Assembly: GCF_009914755.1 (NCBI RefSeq)
Contig: NC_060925.1
Origin: the human T2T-CHM13v2.0 reference genome, Homo sapiens
Length of the DNA stretch: 64,000 nucleotides
Direction: 5' to 3' (one strand)
Shown piece after piece: positions 1 to 22,979 of the stretch; positions within the stretch are counted from its first letter, which is position 1, and every line of letters starts with the position of its first letter. The notes beneath the pieces were generated by a model that was not told the origin of the DNA, searched no databases, and worked only from the letters and a program-made list of their open reading frames with translations. The position numbers and the translations under genes were made by a program.

Positions 1-219
1 AAGAATGTTTTGCCAGATTCTCAGCAACAATATAATGTTGTGAAGACTGTTAAAGTAACTGAACAATTAAGGCACTGTAGTGAGATTCTTAAAGAAATGC
101 TTGCAAAGAAACATTTTTCATATGCATGGCCCTTTTATAATCCTGTTGACGTTAATGCTTTGGGACTCCATAACTACTATGACGTTGTCAAAAATCCGAT
201 GGATCTTGGAACTATTAAG
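1..219 (+). CDS. BRDT: BRDT coding exon (5' end outside window), start of bromodomain 2
   Basis: Frame 1 [10 protein letters not shown]...[37 protein letters not shown] with the BET WPF shelf and PMDL motif; donor AAG|gtaaat at 219/220, phase 0. Confidence 0.97.
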
Positions 220-414
220 GTAAATGTTGCCTTAAAAGGAAGAACTTCTTTTTCTTGATTATAAAAGTAATTCATCATTGCAAAGAAATCTTAAAATCTA
301 GAAAAAGATGAAGGAAATTAAGATCATCCAAGTCACACTATCTGGAGTGAGTCTCTGGAAAATTTTAAAATATATCTTTTTGTTTTCTTCCACTTGAACA
401 TGTCCATGGTTCTA

Positions 415-704
415 GGCCGGGCACAGTGGCTCATGCCTGTAATCTTAGCACTTTGGGAGGCCAAGGCGGGCGGATCACTTGAGGCCAGGAGTTTGAGACC
501 AGCCTGGCCATGGCGAAACTTCGTCTCTACTAAAAAAAAAAAAAAAAAGCTGGGAATGGTGGTGCATGCCTATCGTTCCAGCTACTCCAGAGGCTGAGTC
601 ACGAGAATCACTTGAACCTGGGAGGAGGAGAGGTTGCAGTGAGCGGAGATCATCCACTGCACTCCAGGCTGGGTGACAGAGGGAAACTCTGTCTCAAAAA
701 AAAA
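415..704 (+). mobile_element. Alu (S/J-like)
   Basis: GGCCGGGCACAGTGGCTCA start, dimeric body, A tail. Confidence 0.9.
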
Positions 705-993
705 GATTATATGAAAACACTCTGCTTCTCTGCTTTTGTGATTTTGTTCCAGTTCTCTTTACATGGAATGTCCTCCTTCCTCATCTCTACTTGTCAAAAT
801 TCACTGGATTTTTTTTCAAAGTCTAAAAAATATGAAACAAATGTAGCAAAATTTTAACATTTGTCAAATCTGGATGGTGGACAACTGTTTTCTGTATATT
901 TGAATTATTTTGTAATATGAACATTTAATGTACGTGGTCAAATAATTATTGAATTGAACTATTTGTGAATCCTGTAGTTTTTCTTTAATTTAG

Positions 994-1122
994 GAGAAAA
1001 TGGATAACCAAGAATATAAGGATGCATACAAATTTGCGGCAGATGTTAGATTAATGTTCATGAATTGCTACAAGTACAATCCTCCAGATCACGAAGTTGT
1101 GACAATGGCAAGAATGCTTCAG
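994..1122 (+). CDS. BRDT: BRDT coding exon, bromodomain 2 C-terminal half
   Basis: tttag|GAG acceptor, CAG|gtgagc donor; [43 protein letters not shown] contains the acetyl-lysine-binding Asn (CYKYNPP); 129 nt. Confidence 0.97.
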
Positions 1123-1544
1123 GTGAGCTGTTACTTGTGCTCTGAAGGTGTTTTTCCTCTGAACATAGTTGAAACGTTTTTTAGAACCATAATGTAAGAG
1201 ATAAAGAATAATAACTCCTACACCTCTAAGTATTAAATGGCAAAAACCACAATTACTTTTGCACCAACAAAACAGTTTATGAATTATACTTTTAAAACTG
1301 AGAGGGTTGTGTGTTTTGTTTCGTTTTGTTTTTTTGAGTTCTTGCATCCTTTAGTAGCGAATCTTTTTATGAAGCTGCCCTGCATACAAAGGACACTGGG
1401 GAAATATTAGTGAAGAGGGGATGTAGATAGATGATATATAGGGTTGACTAGAGCCCATGTCCCACTGAGGGGACAGTCTAAATGGCTGCAGGTAATAGAA
1501 TGATCTACCAACTACAGGGCCCTTGAAAGAAGATCCCCTGTGCT

Positions 1545-1870
<326 letters not shown>

Positions 1871-1947
1871 TTACTTGAGAGGTCTATCTTGCCTGAAAAA
1901 AATGGAGAAAAGTTGGTAAGTTTGGCAGGCAGAGAAGCATGAGTCTT

Positions 1948-2242
<295 letters not shown>

Positions 2243-2397
2243 AGCATGAGTCTTAATACGTTTCTTCTGATATATCTTAAAGGAAAAAAGAATTCTGGTC
2301 AAAATATGACACTGAAATGTACTTTTTGTTAAAAGCTGTGATTGCTGGATTAAATAAAAAATACAGAAAACCATAACAAACTAATTTTTCATTACAG

Positions 2398-2586
2398 GAT
2401 GTTTTCGAAACGCATTTTTCAAAGATCCCGATTGAACCTGTTGAGAGTATGCCTTTATGTTACATCAAAACAGATATCACAGAAACCACTGGTAGAGAGA
2501 ACACTAATGAAGCCTCCTCTGAAGGGAACTCTTCTGATGATTCTGAAGATGAGCGAGTTAAGCGTCTTGCAAAGCTTCAGGAGCAG
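2398..2586 (+). CDS. BRDT: BRDT coding exon
   Basis: tacag|GAT ... CAG|gtagtt; DVFETHFSKIPIEPVESMPLC...SSDDSEDERVKRLAKLQEQ; 189 nt, phase 0-0. Confidence 0.96.
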
Positions 2587-2940
2587 GTAGTTGATTGTAT
2601 TGATACAAATTTTGATAATCTATGAGCTGCTAATCTATCAGGAAATTTTTTCTGCAGATTTAAAGCTGTTATAGTTAAATCGCTTCATAACTGTGGCTTT
2701 ATTTACTTATTGGCAAATTTGTAATGTTTAATAGTTTTTCCTAATCAAATATTTATTATCATAAAAATCTGTTATTTTAAAAAATTATGTTATCTATTCC
2801 TAATCATGAGTGGTTGATTCTCATTGAAATGATTTATGAAATAGAGATATTTTATGGATGAGGTCTTATTCAACATTAACTGCTTTTTATGATAAAATGT
2901 TAAACTGTTCTGGAGCTCAAGTCTGAAAAATCAATGATTA

Positions 2941-3190
<250 letters not shown>

Positions 3191-3462
3191 AACTTAAGAC
3201 CACCTGGAAATGTTATTTATTCTTGATCTGTTGGTAGTTGAATATTTAAGTTTATGGGTTCAGTACATGATAGTTTTTGTAATTTAATATATGCCTTTTA
3301 AAAATTCAATGCATTTGTGAAATTAAATAAAAACTTGAAGGAAATGTAATAAGAAATGAATTTCACAAAAGACACTCTTGACTTTGGAGTGGCTTGATTT
3401 TTTTCTAGTTTCTTTAATTATTTAGAGACATGAATGTTTACAGATTTTTTTTCTTTTATCAG

Positions 3463-3635
3463 CTTAAAGCTGTACATCAACAGCTCCAGGTTTTGTCCCA
3501 AGTACCTTTCCGTAAGCTAAATAAAAAGAAAGAGAAGTCTAAAAAGGAAAAGAAAAAAGAAAAGGTTAATAACAGCAATGAAAATCCAAGAAAAATGTGT
3601 GAGCAAATGAGGCTAAAGGAAAAGTCCAAGAGAAA
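3463..3635 (+). CDS. BRDT: BRDT coding exon, motif B/basic Lys-rich region
   Basis: atcag|CTT ... AGAAA|gtaagt; LKAVHQQLQVLSQVPFRKLNKKKEKSKKEKKKEK...; 173 nt, ends phase 2. Confidence 0.96.
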
Positions 3636-3708
3636 GTAAGTATCTTTTATTATGATAGCTAATTAAGACAATAACGATAAGTTGGACTAAATTTAGTTTT
3701 TGTTACAG

Positions 3709-3998
3709 TCAGCCAAAGAAAAGGAAACAACAGTTCATTGGTCTAAAATCTGAAGATGAAGATAATGCTAAACCTATGAACTATGATGAGAAAAGGCAGT
3801 TAAGTCTGAATATAAACAAACTCCCTGGAGATAAACTTGGGCGAGTAGTTCACATAATACAATCAAGAGAGCCTTCTCTGAGCAATTCCAATCCTGATGA
3901 GATAGAGATAGACTTTGAAACACTGAAAGCATCAACACTAAGAGAATTAGAAAAATATGTTTCGGCATGTCTAAGAAAGAGACCATTAAAACCTCCTG
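3709..3998 (+). CDS. BRDT: BRDT coding exon, extra-terminal (ET) domain
   Basis: tacag|T ... CCTG|gtatgt; [63 protein letters not shown] is the canonical BET ET domain; 290 nt. Confidence 0.97.
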
Positions 3999-4087
3999 GT
4001 ATGTATTTCTGCATATTAATAGAAATCGGTTTGGTATTTATGTTGGTTTTTGGTTATACTCACTTTCTTCCCTCCTAAATCACACAG

Positions 4088-4201
4088 CTAAGAAAATAAT
4101 GATGTCCAAAGAAGAACTTCACTCACAGAAAAAACAGGAATTGGAAAAGCGGTTACTGGATGTTAATAATCAGTTAAATTCTAGAAAACGTCAAACAAAA
4201 T
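4088..4201 (+). CDS. BRDT: BRDT coding exon
   Basis: cacag|CT ... AAAAT|gtaggt; (A)KKIMMSKEELHSQKKQELEKRLLDVNNQLNSRKRQTK; 114 nt, phase 1-1. Confidence 0.95.
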
Positions 4202-4217
4202 GTAGGTGGCAGTTTTT

Positions 4218-4363
4218 GTTTGTTTGTATGTATGTATGTATGTATGTAGAGACAGGGTCTTGTGATGTTGCCCAGGCTGGTCTTGAACTCCTGGCCTCAT
4301 GTGATCCTCCACCTTGGCCTCTCAAAGTGCTGAGATTACAGGCATGCGCGACCATGCCCAGCC
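4218..4363 (-). mobile_element. Free left Alu monomer (FLAM-like)
   Basis: Single left arm plus (TTTG)/(TATG) derived tail; TSD TAGGTGGCAGTTTTT. Confidence 0.88.
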
Positions 4364-4437
4364 TAGGTGGCAGTTTTTAAATGTTCCTGCAACTATTTAA
4401 TTCTTCTGGCATTTTAATATGTTTCTCTGTTTTGTAG

Positions 4438-4575
4438 CTGATAAAACGCAACCATCCAAAGCTGTTGAAAATGTTTCCCGACTGAGTGAGAGCAGCAGCA
4501 GCAGCAGCAGCTCATCAGAGTCTGAAAGTAGCAGCAGTGACTTAAGCTCTTCAGACAGCAGTGATTCTGAATCAG
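4438..4575 (+). CDS. BRDT: BRDT coding exon, Ser-rich SEED tract
   Basis: tgtag|CT ... TCAG|gttagc; (S)DKTQPSKAVENVSRLSESSSSSSSSSESESSSSDLSSSDSSDSES; 138 nt. Confidence 0.95.
4491..4511 (+). repeat. BRDT: (AGC)7 coding trinucleotide repeat, poly-Ser
   Basis: agc x7 inside the SEED exon. Confidence 0.9.
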
Positions 4576-6062
4576 GTTAGCTGTCCCCTTAAATGTACCT
4601 CTGTTGATGGGAGCACTTTTTTTCCTGTAATATTGATTTATATTTTGAAGAAATATTTGTTACTTACCCAGAATCCATGGTTTGTATATCATGCTAATTA
4701 TTTAATTGCATGTTGACAATCTTAGTATTTTCCCTAAAAGAGATACTGTGTAAGATGAAACTTCGTATTATATGTATATGACGTGTAGGTGTGTAATGCT
4801 GAAAAAAAGTTTACTCAAGGAGGGATAGTCTCAATAAATAATTTCAAATCTTAATATCAAAATATATCAGATAATAAAATAATGACCTTTACTTGTTTTA
4901 TAAAATAAAAGATTATTTGAGAGCACCTTTTGCTTTACTCTCCATGATCTATCAGATCACTCTAATGTTGCAAGGTTGCCATGTTGTGATACTATGTTCT
5001 GAATTGAATAATCCTTTTGAGTTAAACCAGTCATCCCAGAAGCTGTGAATCAGATTTTTTTTTCTACTTCTTTGGTTTCTTCACTGTAGAGTATTTTCTT
5101 CCATCTATAGAAAAATGTACTTTAAATTCAGATTCTCAGCTATGCTCAAGTGCCATATTATCTTGTATAGTTTAGCAGTTGTATCAAGCTTAGGTCATTT
5201 ATGTTTTCTTTGTGCTTTTCTATTAATGATTACACAGTTGATAAGTAATCACTACCCCAAGAATACTGACTTGGCAGTGATGTTCCATCTTTATTGACCA
5301 AAAGGCAAATTCAGAATTTGGACACTGTTGTCCCTAAATTTTGCTTTATTTTAAATGAGGTGTTTCTTGTGAAATTCAATTCTCTTTTTAAAGAAACATC
5401 TCACACAGAATATTGTGACATCAGGAATTCTTAGCATTATTAAAAGCATCCCTCTTTTTTTCAGTGTGGTAGTATGGTCTGCTGACTTGCAATACATTCT
5501 ATTTAACTCTTAGTTCTGTTTAGTTTGCATTTATATGGTGCTGATTGCTGTATTTTGTTTTTACATTTCTAAAGTATGTAGTGATAAACATTTTTGGAGA
5601 ATAAACAGAATTTTTACTTTGGGATTTGTCATACTAGAAAATTTAAAAATGTAGGGCTCTGATTATATAGTATTTCCTTATTTGACTTCTAAGCATAGAA
5701 CAATACTGGAATAACTTAAGTTGCATTTAGTATTTTCAATTGTAATTAGCATTTGTAACTTCATCTAATAAAGCATTTGTGGTCTAATAAGTTAGAGCAC
5801 TTTGTCTTTTATTTGTAGGATAAAAGTCTTACTGTTCCTGTTAGTTTGAATTATCTAATTATAATAAATGCTTCAAGTGTTAGAGGAAAAGTACAATATA
5901 ATACAGAGTTTTCAATAAAGTACCTTAATTTTAATATGAATTATCAGTTTCTGATACAATATTATTATATATTGCTTGGAGGAAAGAATATTTATCACTA
6001 ACTTGTGTTCTTAAAATAGTGCAATATATACTCTCTGTTTTTCTAACATTCTATCAGAATAA

Positions 6063-13921
<7,859 letters not shown>

Positions 13922-14008
13922 CCCACTGTGTTTCTAATATGGAAAAATTATAACTTGGTATTTTTTAAGCTAATAAATATTAAAATATTTATGTGTATAC
14001 ATTTGCAG

Positions 14009-14070
14009 AAATGTTCCCTAAGTTTACAGAAGTAAAACCAAATGATTCTCCTTCTAAAGAGAATGTAAAG
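14009..14070 (+). CDS. BRDT: BRDT small coding exon
   Basis: tgcag|AA ... AAG|gtaagt; (E)[20 protein letters not shown]; 62 nt, phase 1-0, keeps frame. Confidence 0.92.
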
Positions 14071-14535
14071 GTAAGTGAATTCTTTATTTGTATCTGAATT
14101 TTAAAAGTATGTATAACTCATGGGTATAGTAGTAGCTTTCTTTAAAATTGTTTTCAATTTTATTTACACGAAGAAAGTTGTCACTGTTTTTAGCTTATCA
14201 ACTAAATGTTCAATGATTTCTTCCTGAAGAAAACCGAATAGGGAAGCTATTTGGCTTCATTTTTCAATAAGACATAACATTTATGTAAGCCAAATGGATA
14301 AGTAGAACAAATTCTAGAAGCTTCAGCTTATCCCTGAGAGTCTGAATACAGAGGGATGGCCTTGGTATCCTGAATGAGTGTACAAAACTATGCGTACAGT
14401 GAAGTGAAATTTCTCAAAAGATGGTAGGAGAATGGTAGTTAAGGTTTCTACAGATAAAGCTTATAATTGCCAGCTATCCATTTTGGCACATCTATGTTTG
14501 ACTAGTAGTTGATGTGCTTTGAAAAGAACAGAAGT

Positions 14536-14893
<358 letters not shown>

Positions 14894-15090
14894 TCATCCT
14901 CATATACATTTTTTTCCCTTTGTACCCCTTCCAAACATACAATTATTTATGTAACAACATCTAACTAGGTTAGGGAAACACAATAATAAATAATACTGTC
15001 TTAAAAGAGCTCTAATTTGTGAAAAAGAAATATAATCACATGGTTAAGAGATAATATGATTAATGCTATAATCTATATAATTATTTTTAG

Positions 15091-15141
15091 AAAATGAAGA
15101 ATGAATGCATACTGCCTGAAGGAAGAACAGGCGTCACACAG
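15091..15141 (+). CDS. BRDT: BRDT small coding exon
   Basis: tttag|AAA ... CAG|gtaatg; KMKNECILPEGRTGVTQ; 51 nt, phase 0-0. Confidence 0.92.
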
Positions 15142-15346
15142 GTAATGCTTAAAATGTGTTTTAAAGAACAGGGGAAGAAATGGTTTACATATAGATTAGG
15201 GGCTTACTTTTTAAAATAAGTAATAGCATGAAGAGAGGCAAAAAAAAAAAAAAAAACCACAGCAAGTATATTCAGAGAAATATGGAAGCTGAGGGTATTT
15301 ATTAGATGGCTTGGAGTATATAACAGGGCTTTGGACACGTAAGTGA

Positions 15347-15661
<315 letters not shown>

Positions 15662-16908
15662 TTCCCATTCCTTTTGAATAGGAAGAAGTTATAGATGGTC
15701 TGTCTTGCCAAAGGTGTATTAGTGGAATAAAAAATTATGTCAAGTTATGAAGGAACTTTGGAAGCATTTTTATCTCAATACGTAGCATGTAGAATGCCAC
15801 CTTTTTAATGGTCTATTTTTGGTCAAAATTTTTTCACTTTCACTCACTGAGGAAAAAAATGCCTATTTATGGTAAAAGGTAGTATATATTAATCCATAGG
15901 TTCATGTATGAATGTATATATTTGTGTAGTTCAGAAAGTGATTTTTTTCTTTGGCTGATTTAAACCTGAGCATTAGGCTTTGAGCTTTGGCCTGGGTCTA
16001 TATTGTTGTAATAAACATTCCTATAGCATTTGTTTTATTCATATTTGCATAGGTGTTACTTGTACACTTGCCTACCTACTCACTCACCCCAATGCCTTGT
16101 TAGACAAAGGAGAAAGACTGTCTTATTTATCTCTGTACCATCTACAACTCAGAGCTTAGTTAGATAAGGCTACTGGGCTTTGCTACTGTAACTTCGCTTG
16201 CCACAGAATAGGTGTGAGATTTCAGGTAAGCTGCTTCTATTATTTCTAGAAAATGTAAGTAGAGATAAAAATTATACCTAACTCAGCATTATTGTGAGAA
16301 TTAAAGAAAAACCATATAAAGGACTTACCCTGGTACCTCACACATAGTAAACATTAAATAAATGTTAGCTATTATTACACTACAGCTTTTATTTAATAGT
16401 TACCTGAATATTGAATTAGAATTTATTGATAGTCTTGTGGGTTGACCATAATGTAATTTTAAATTTATCCCCTTATGTCTGTAATACAGTAAGGAAAAAT
16501 GGCTAAAGTAAGTGAATTGGTCTCTAGATTTGCTATAAAAGCTCAGGGGTTTGTTTTGTTTTGTTTTTTAGTAATTACAGGAAAGCTTTAAATGAATAGC
16601 ATTGTTTAATAATATACATGTATACTCATGTAAAATATACATGCATACTCATAACTAAGATCATAGGCTTTGACTTACTCTACCTCTTGTAAGCCATATA
16701 ATGGCCAAGTTATTTAATGCTTTTAAACCCCAGTTTGCTCATTTGCAAGATAGGGATAACTATACATTATAGATTTGTGTGACTTAAATAATAAGGTATT
16801 TTAAAAAGGTAGCATTAAATTATATTCTTGACTCTTGTGTTTCTGTTCTCTTTGGTATACTTCTTGTATGGTTAAAACTAAGTGATAACTTTGATTTTGT
16901 TTTAACAG

Positions 16909-17080
16909 ATAGGATATTGTGTGCAAGACACAACCTCTGCCAATACTACCCTTGTTCATCAGACCACACCTTCACATGTAATGCCACCAAATCACCACCA
17001 ATTAGCATTTAATTATCAAGAATTAGAACATTTACAGACTGTGAAAAACATTTCACCTTTACAAATTCTGCCTCCCTCAG
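16909..17080 (+). CDS. BRDT: BRDT coding exon
   Basis: aacag|ATA ... TCAG|gtaaga; IGYCVQDTTSANTTLVHQTTPSHVMPPNHHQLAFNYQELEHLQTVKNISPLQILPPS; 172 nt. Confidence 0.94.
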
Positions 17081-17337
17081 GTAAGAAATTAACAAGTAAA
17101 CAACTGTTATTGAGAAATTGACTTCTAAACCTATACATATATGAAAATGTTATGGTCATCTTAAATGTTAAATATCTGGGAAATACCAACAATCATAACT
17201 AGTAAATTCCAGGTTACAAATAATCACTGAAGCACATCATTAGAAATTATCTGCTTTATACCTGTAGGCATTCATTATATTTAAAAGAAAGAAAATTATG
17301 TATATAGTTCACACCCAATTTACTTTCCCAGATCTGA

Positions 17338-17783
<446 letters not shown>

Positions 17784-18225
17784 TTACAGTTAAGGAAACT
17801 TGGGCTAGAAATACTTGCCTAAGGGTAGTTCCTATTTGTCTAAAACTGGTTAAATTTTTATATTTTTAGATTCATTTGACTTAATATCTTATCAGAAGGG
17901 AAAGTTTTGCCTGTCTCAACTTGGTTCTGGTGGGTTGAAGGGGATGTGTGGCACGAAGGGTACTTCTGATACGAGTTTAGCCTAGAGCATGACTAAACCT
18001 TGAGACACTAATGTATTTAGGCCTAGGTTAAGGGCAGATATGAATATTCCTTGTCTATTCTTCTTCCCTCTAGAATGTTCCCTGGTTTCCACTTGGCCAC
18101 CCAAGGGCAGAGGTATCTCCCTAGCAGAATAAATTTCCAAGCTGTTTTGCTGCAACACAGATTAGGAGGAAGAGGGAGATGTTTTGATCCTTCTTCACAG
18201 CTTTCAGTTTAAAATCTCCCTACTA

Positions 18226-18228
<3 letters not shown>

Positions 18229-18257
<29 letters not shown>

Positions 18258-18696
18258 TGTTTAAATTTTTTTTTGAGATGGAGTCTCGCTCTGTCTTGCA
18301 GGTGGGAGTGCAGTGGCACAATCTTGGCTCATTGCAACCTCCGCAATGATTCCCGGGTTTAAGCGATTCTCCTGCCTCAGCCTCCTGAGTAGCTGGGATT
18401 ACAGGCATGTGCCACCATGCCCAGCTAATTTTTTTGTAGTTTTTTTTTTTTTTGAGACAGAGTTTCATTCTTGTTGCCCAGGGTGGGTGCAGTGGTGCAA
18501 TCTTGGCTCACTGCAACCTCCGTCTCCCAGGTTCAAGTGATTCTCCTGTCTCAGCCTCCTGAGTAGCTGTGATTACAGGCATGTACCACCACGCCCAGCT
18601 AATTTTTTGTCTTTTTAGTAGAGACAGGGTTTCACCATGTTGGTCAGGCTGGTCTCGAACTCTTGACCTCAGATGATCCGCTTGCCTCAGCCTCCC
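18229..18696 (-). mobile_element. Compound Alu (extra right arm plus 5'-truncated Alu) with (TG)14 at the tail end
   Basis: Two right-arm copies in tandem; flanking TATTCTGTGT repeats. Confidence 0.8.
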
Positions 18697-18844
18697 TATT
18701 CTGTGTTTGAATATTCCATTTTGTCTTTAATTAAAGTTATATCTCTTCATTGTGGGGAAGGGAATGGAGATCAATGGAGAAAATATCTAAGGCCACACTG
18801 GAGGGCATTCCAGGAAGAAGAATAAACAAATATCCAAAGTATGA

Positions 18845-19355
<511 letters not shown>

Positions 19356-20968
19356 TAATAGGGAAAAAATTGCTGCTTACCATGTAGAGGATGGATTAAG
19401 ATGATGCTCTGATGTAGTTAGGATTAAGTAAGGACACTGAATGCTGTAGTCTAGGAAATAAATTATTAGGACCAAAACTAACACAGCAACTGTAGAAAGC
19501 ATGTGGATATATAAGGTATTTTTGTGGCAGAACTGATGTACTTCGTTAGGATGAATGAGCTACTGGGAGATTATCTAATAGTTGGATTGAAAACAGGGGA
19601 CAGAACTCATTTGGCACATGTTTGAGATGTTACAGAATATCTAAGTGGAAATATAAAGCTAGAAATAGGTTTCTAGAACTAACAGGGTGTAACAGGAATT
19701 AGAAATTAGGAATTAACAGTATGTAGAAGCTACTTGAAGCCATAAGAATAAATGAAAACACCCAGGAAAATCTGCAGAGCAGGAAGAGAAAAGCTTAAAG
19801 ACAAAATTCTAAGAAACAAAACCTCCTCAGTAAAAGTAGAAAAAAATAGTTAAAAGAAGAGGTAATCAATGGTAGAGAAAAAGAAAAAATAGTGTAATAA
19901 AAGCCCAGGAAGATAGATTTTTTTTTTAGAAGGAAATCAAAAGTATCACATACTGCAGAGCATTTAAGTAGGATGAGGAATGGAGAGAGAGCATTACATT
20001 GGGAATGTGAGAATTTTTACTTTTGCGGAAGCTTTTTTAGTACCTGTTGTGATGGGGCAGAAACCAGATTGTTGTAAATTGAGAAGTAATGGAATTTGAG
20101 TGTAGTGAATGTAAAGCATTCTTTGAAGAACTTTGTTGGTAAAGAGGATGGAAAGATATTTGTGGCTTTAACAGGAAAATAGATTTTTTGGAGGAGTGGG
20201 CAAGATTATTTTGAGTTTTTTAATTGGAGGGATTTGAACATTTAAAGGCTCATTATAAAGAGCTAAAGTAGGAAAAAGTTACTCTTTTAACTAGAGTATG
20301 TTTTATAAGAATGCTAGGGTAGCCTTGCCCTTGAAAAGGAATAGATTATGAAAAACAAAGGTGAGAATGTAGTCAAGGTGTTCTCTTATTCCTAATTTAA
20401 GAAAACACCCTATCTATGAAAAGTCAGGCTTTTAATACCTACACCTTCAGTAAGGATCAGTTTATTATATTACTTGAAATTCTGTTTATATGATGCCTAT
20501 TAGTAAGCTAATATATAAAGGAAAGTTTGGATGATGCCAGAGTAGCTGTTCTTTTGCAGTTAGCAAGATTCTCAGAAACAACATGGTTTACATTTGCCAA
20601 CTGTAGGTGGCACTATGCCCAAGGGAAATTGCAAATGTATGTGAGCCATAAAATTTATAGAGACATTTTCTTTTTCTGGAGTTAAATCTCAATAGAAATA
20701 AATTTTTTGTTAAACCTTACAATTAAATGATAAAAGCAATATGTTGAAGTTTTCTTATTGGAAAAATAGTTTGACAAAATGTTAGAGTACATAAAAGATT
20801 AAAAAATGAATTTTTAAGTGTTACTGGTTTTCATCACACCTGCCCACATATGATCTCCACATGAAATGGACAATGTTGAATTTTTTTTCCTTATAAGTTG
20901 AAGCTTTTAGCCATACCCTTATCCTTATAGTTTACCCTTTCCCCTTCTCATAAAAACTTCACTAAATT

Positions 20969-21300
20969 GCCGCCATGAAAAGGGATGAGTTCATGTCCTT
21001 TGCAGGGACATGGATGAAGCTGGAAACCATCATCCTCAGCAAACTAATACAAGAACAGAAAACCAAACACTGCATGTTCTCACTCATAAGTGGGAGTTGA
21101 ACACTGAGAGCACATGGACACAGGGAGGGGAACATCACACACTGGGGCCTGTTGGGGGATGGGGGGCTAGCAGAGGGGTAGCATTAGGAAAAATACCTAA
21201 TGTAGATGACAGGTTGATGGGTACAGCAAACCACTATGGCACGTGTAACAAACCTGCACATTCTGCGCATGTATCCCAGAACTTAAAGTATAATAAAAAA
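20969..21300 (+). mobile_element. 5'-truncated L1PA 3' end
   Basis: GATGAGTTCATGTCCTTTGCAGGGACATGGATGAAGCTGGAAACCATC...AACTTAAAGTATAATAAAAAA; TSD AAACTTCAC(T/C)AAATT (20954-20968/21309-21323). Confidence 0.92.
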
Positions 21301-22656
21301 ATTTTTTTAAACTTCACCAAATTATATTGAGTTTTTAAAATATTTAGGCTGTTATATAAACATGAATTCATAATTGCAAATGAAAAAGTAAATCCAGGAG
21401 TTTGCTATCTCATAGGAGAAATAAACAACTGGTATATAAAGTAAAAATAATGTGCCCTGAAAGAACCTAAAGTGAACTTTAAGGAGGTGAAGAAGGCAGA
21501 ATCACCTGATGTGTTTGGCAGATACATATTTTACAGAATGAGTATCATTTGAGCTGGATAGTGCAGAAAAAAAATAAGGCTTACCTATGTTTATTTAGTA
21601 TGGAAAGGCATTTGGATGGAGGAAGCAACATGAATGTGAAGGTATTTAGGCAACTCATAATTCCATGTGATTAAAGATTTGGTTGGATTAAACAGGAATG
21701 TGGAAAATTACAAAGGTAGACCAGGTTTAGATCATTTAACCCTTTAGATACTTTGGACTTAATTATAATAGCATAGTCAGTGGGGAGGCAATGAAGGTTT
21801 TTTTGAGTGAAGGTGTGCCTCTGAGTGATTAATTTGCCAATATTATTTAGGTGAGTTGAAGGAAAGGAGAATATAGAGACCAGAGAAGGGAAGGAGACCA
21901 GCTGAGCTGTTGCAGTAGTAGGGAAAAAATGACATAAAGTGATAGAAGGAAAGAGAAGGGGAAAGTTAAAAGAAATTGCAAGAGTAGAATGGGCAGGTCT
22001 GCAAAATATGAAAACATGCTGGGTTAATAACCCAGGGATATAAGCTTCGGTGGCTCACAGGATACTGGCTGGATACTGTCCAGGTTGACAGACCCGGGAC
22101 ACAAGATGAAGAATAGGCTTCTGAGGAAAGATGAGTTTTGTAGTCTTTTGAGGTATCACAGGGTCATTCATGTAAAAATATTTTTCAGAGAGTTGGACCC
22201 TTGACATACTTCCTAGGCTTTTATGACACCTCTCTTAACAATCCCATCTGTCTGTTCCTTACAGATATCTCTTTATTTGCCTCCCTTTAGATGTTGATAA
22301 TTCTCTGAATTGCATCCTTAAGCCTCTCTGTTTTTTTCATCTACCCCAGAATTTCCCAACCATGTTTCAAAGCACAGTCTTACTGAATGAATGTCCCCTC
22401 AGCTCTTATAGCAATGAGCTGGGAGCAGCCTTTCCATTTATGCAGGTGGCCATACATTGATCATTTTCTATATATCATGACATGGAAAAGGTTGGAAGCA
22501 GTGCTCTATACTTGGGTGATCTTTGGCATCCATGACTTCTAGTCTCATTTTTACAATTCAAATGTATCCAGGCCCCAGGCATGTTTATACAACTCTACTA
22601 AATGTCTTTACTTAAACATCACATAGGCATTCCAAACACAGCCATGTAAAAACTGA

Positions 22657-22979
<323 letters not shown>

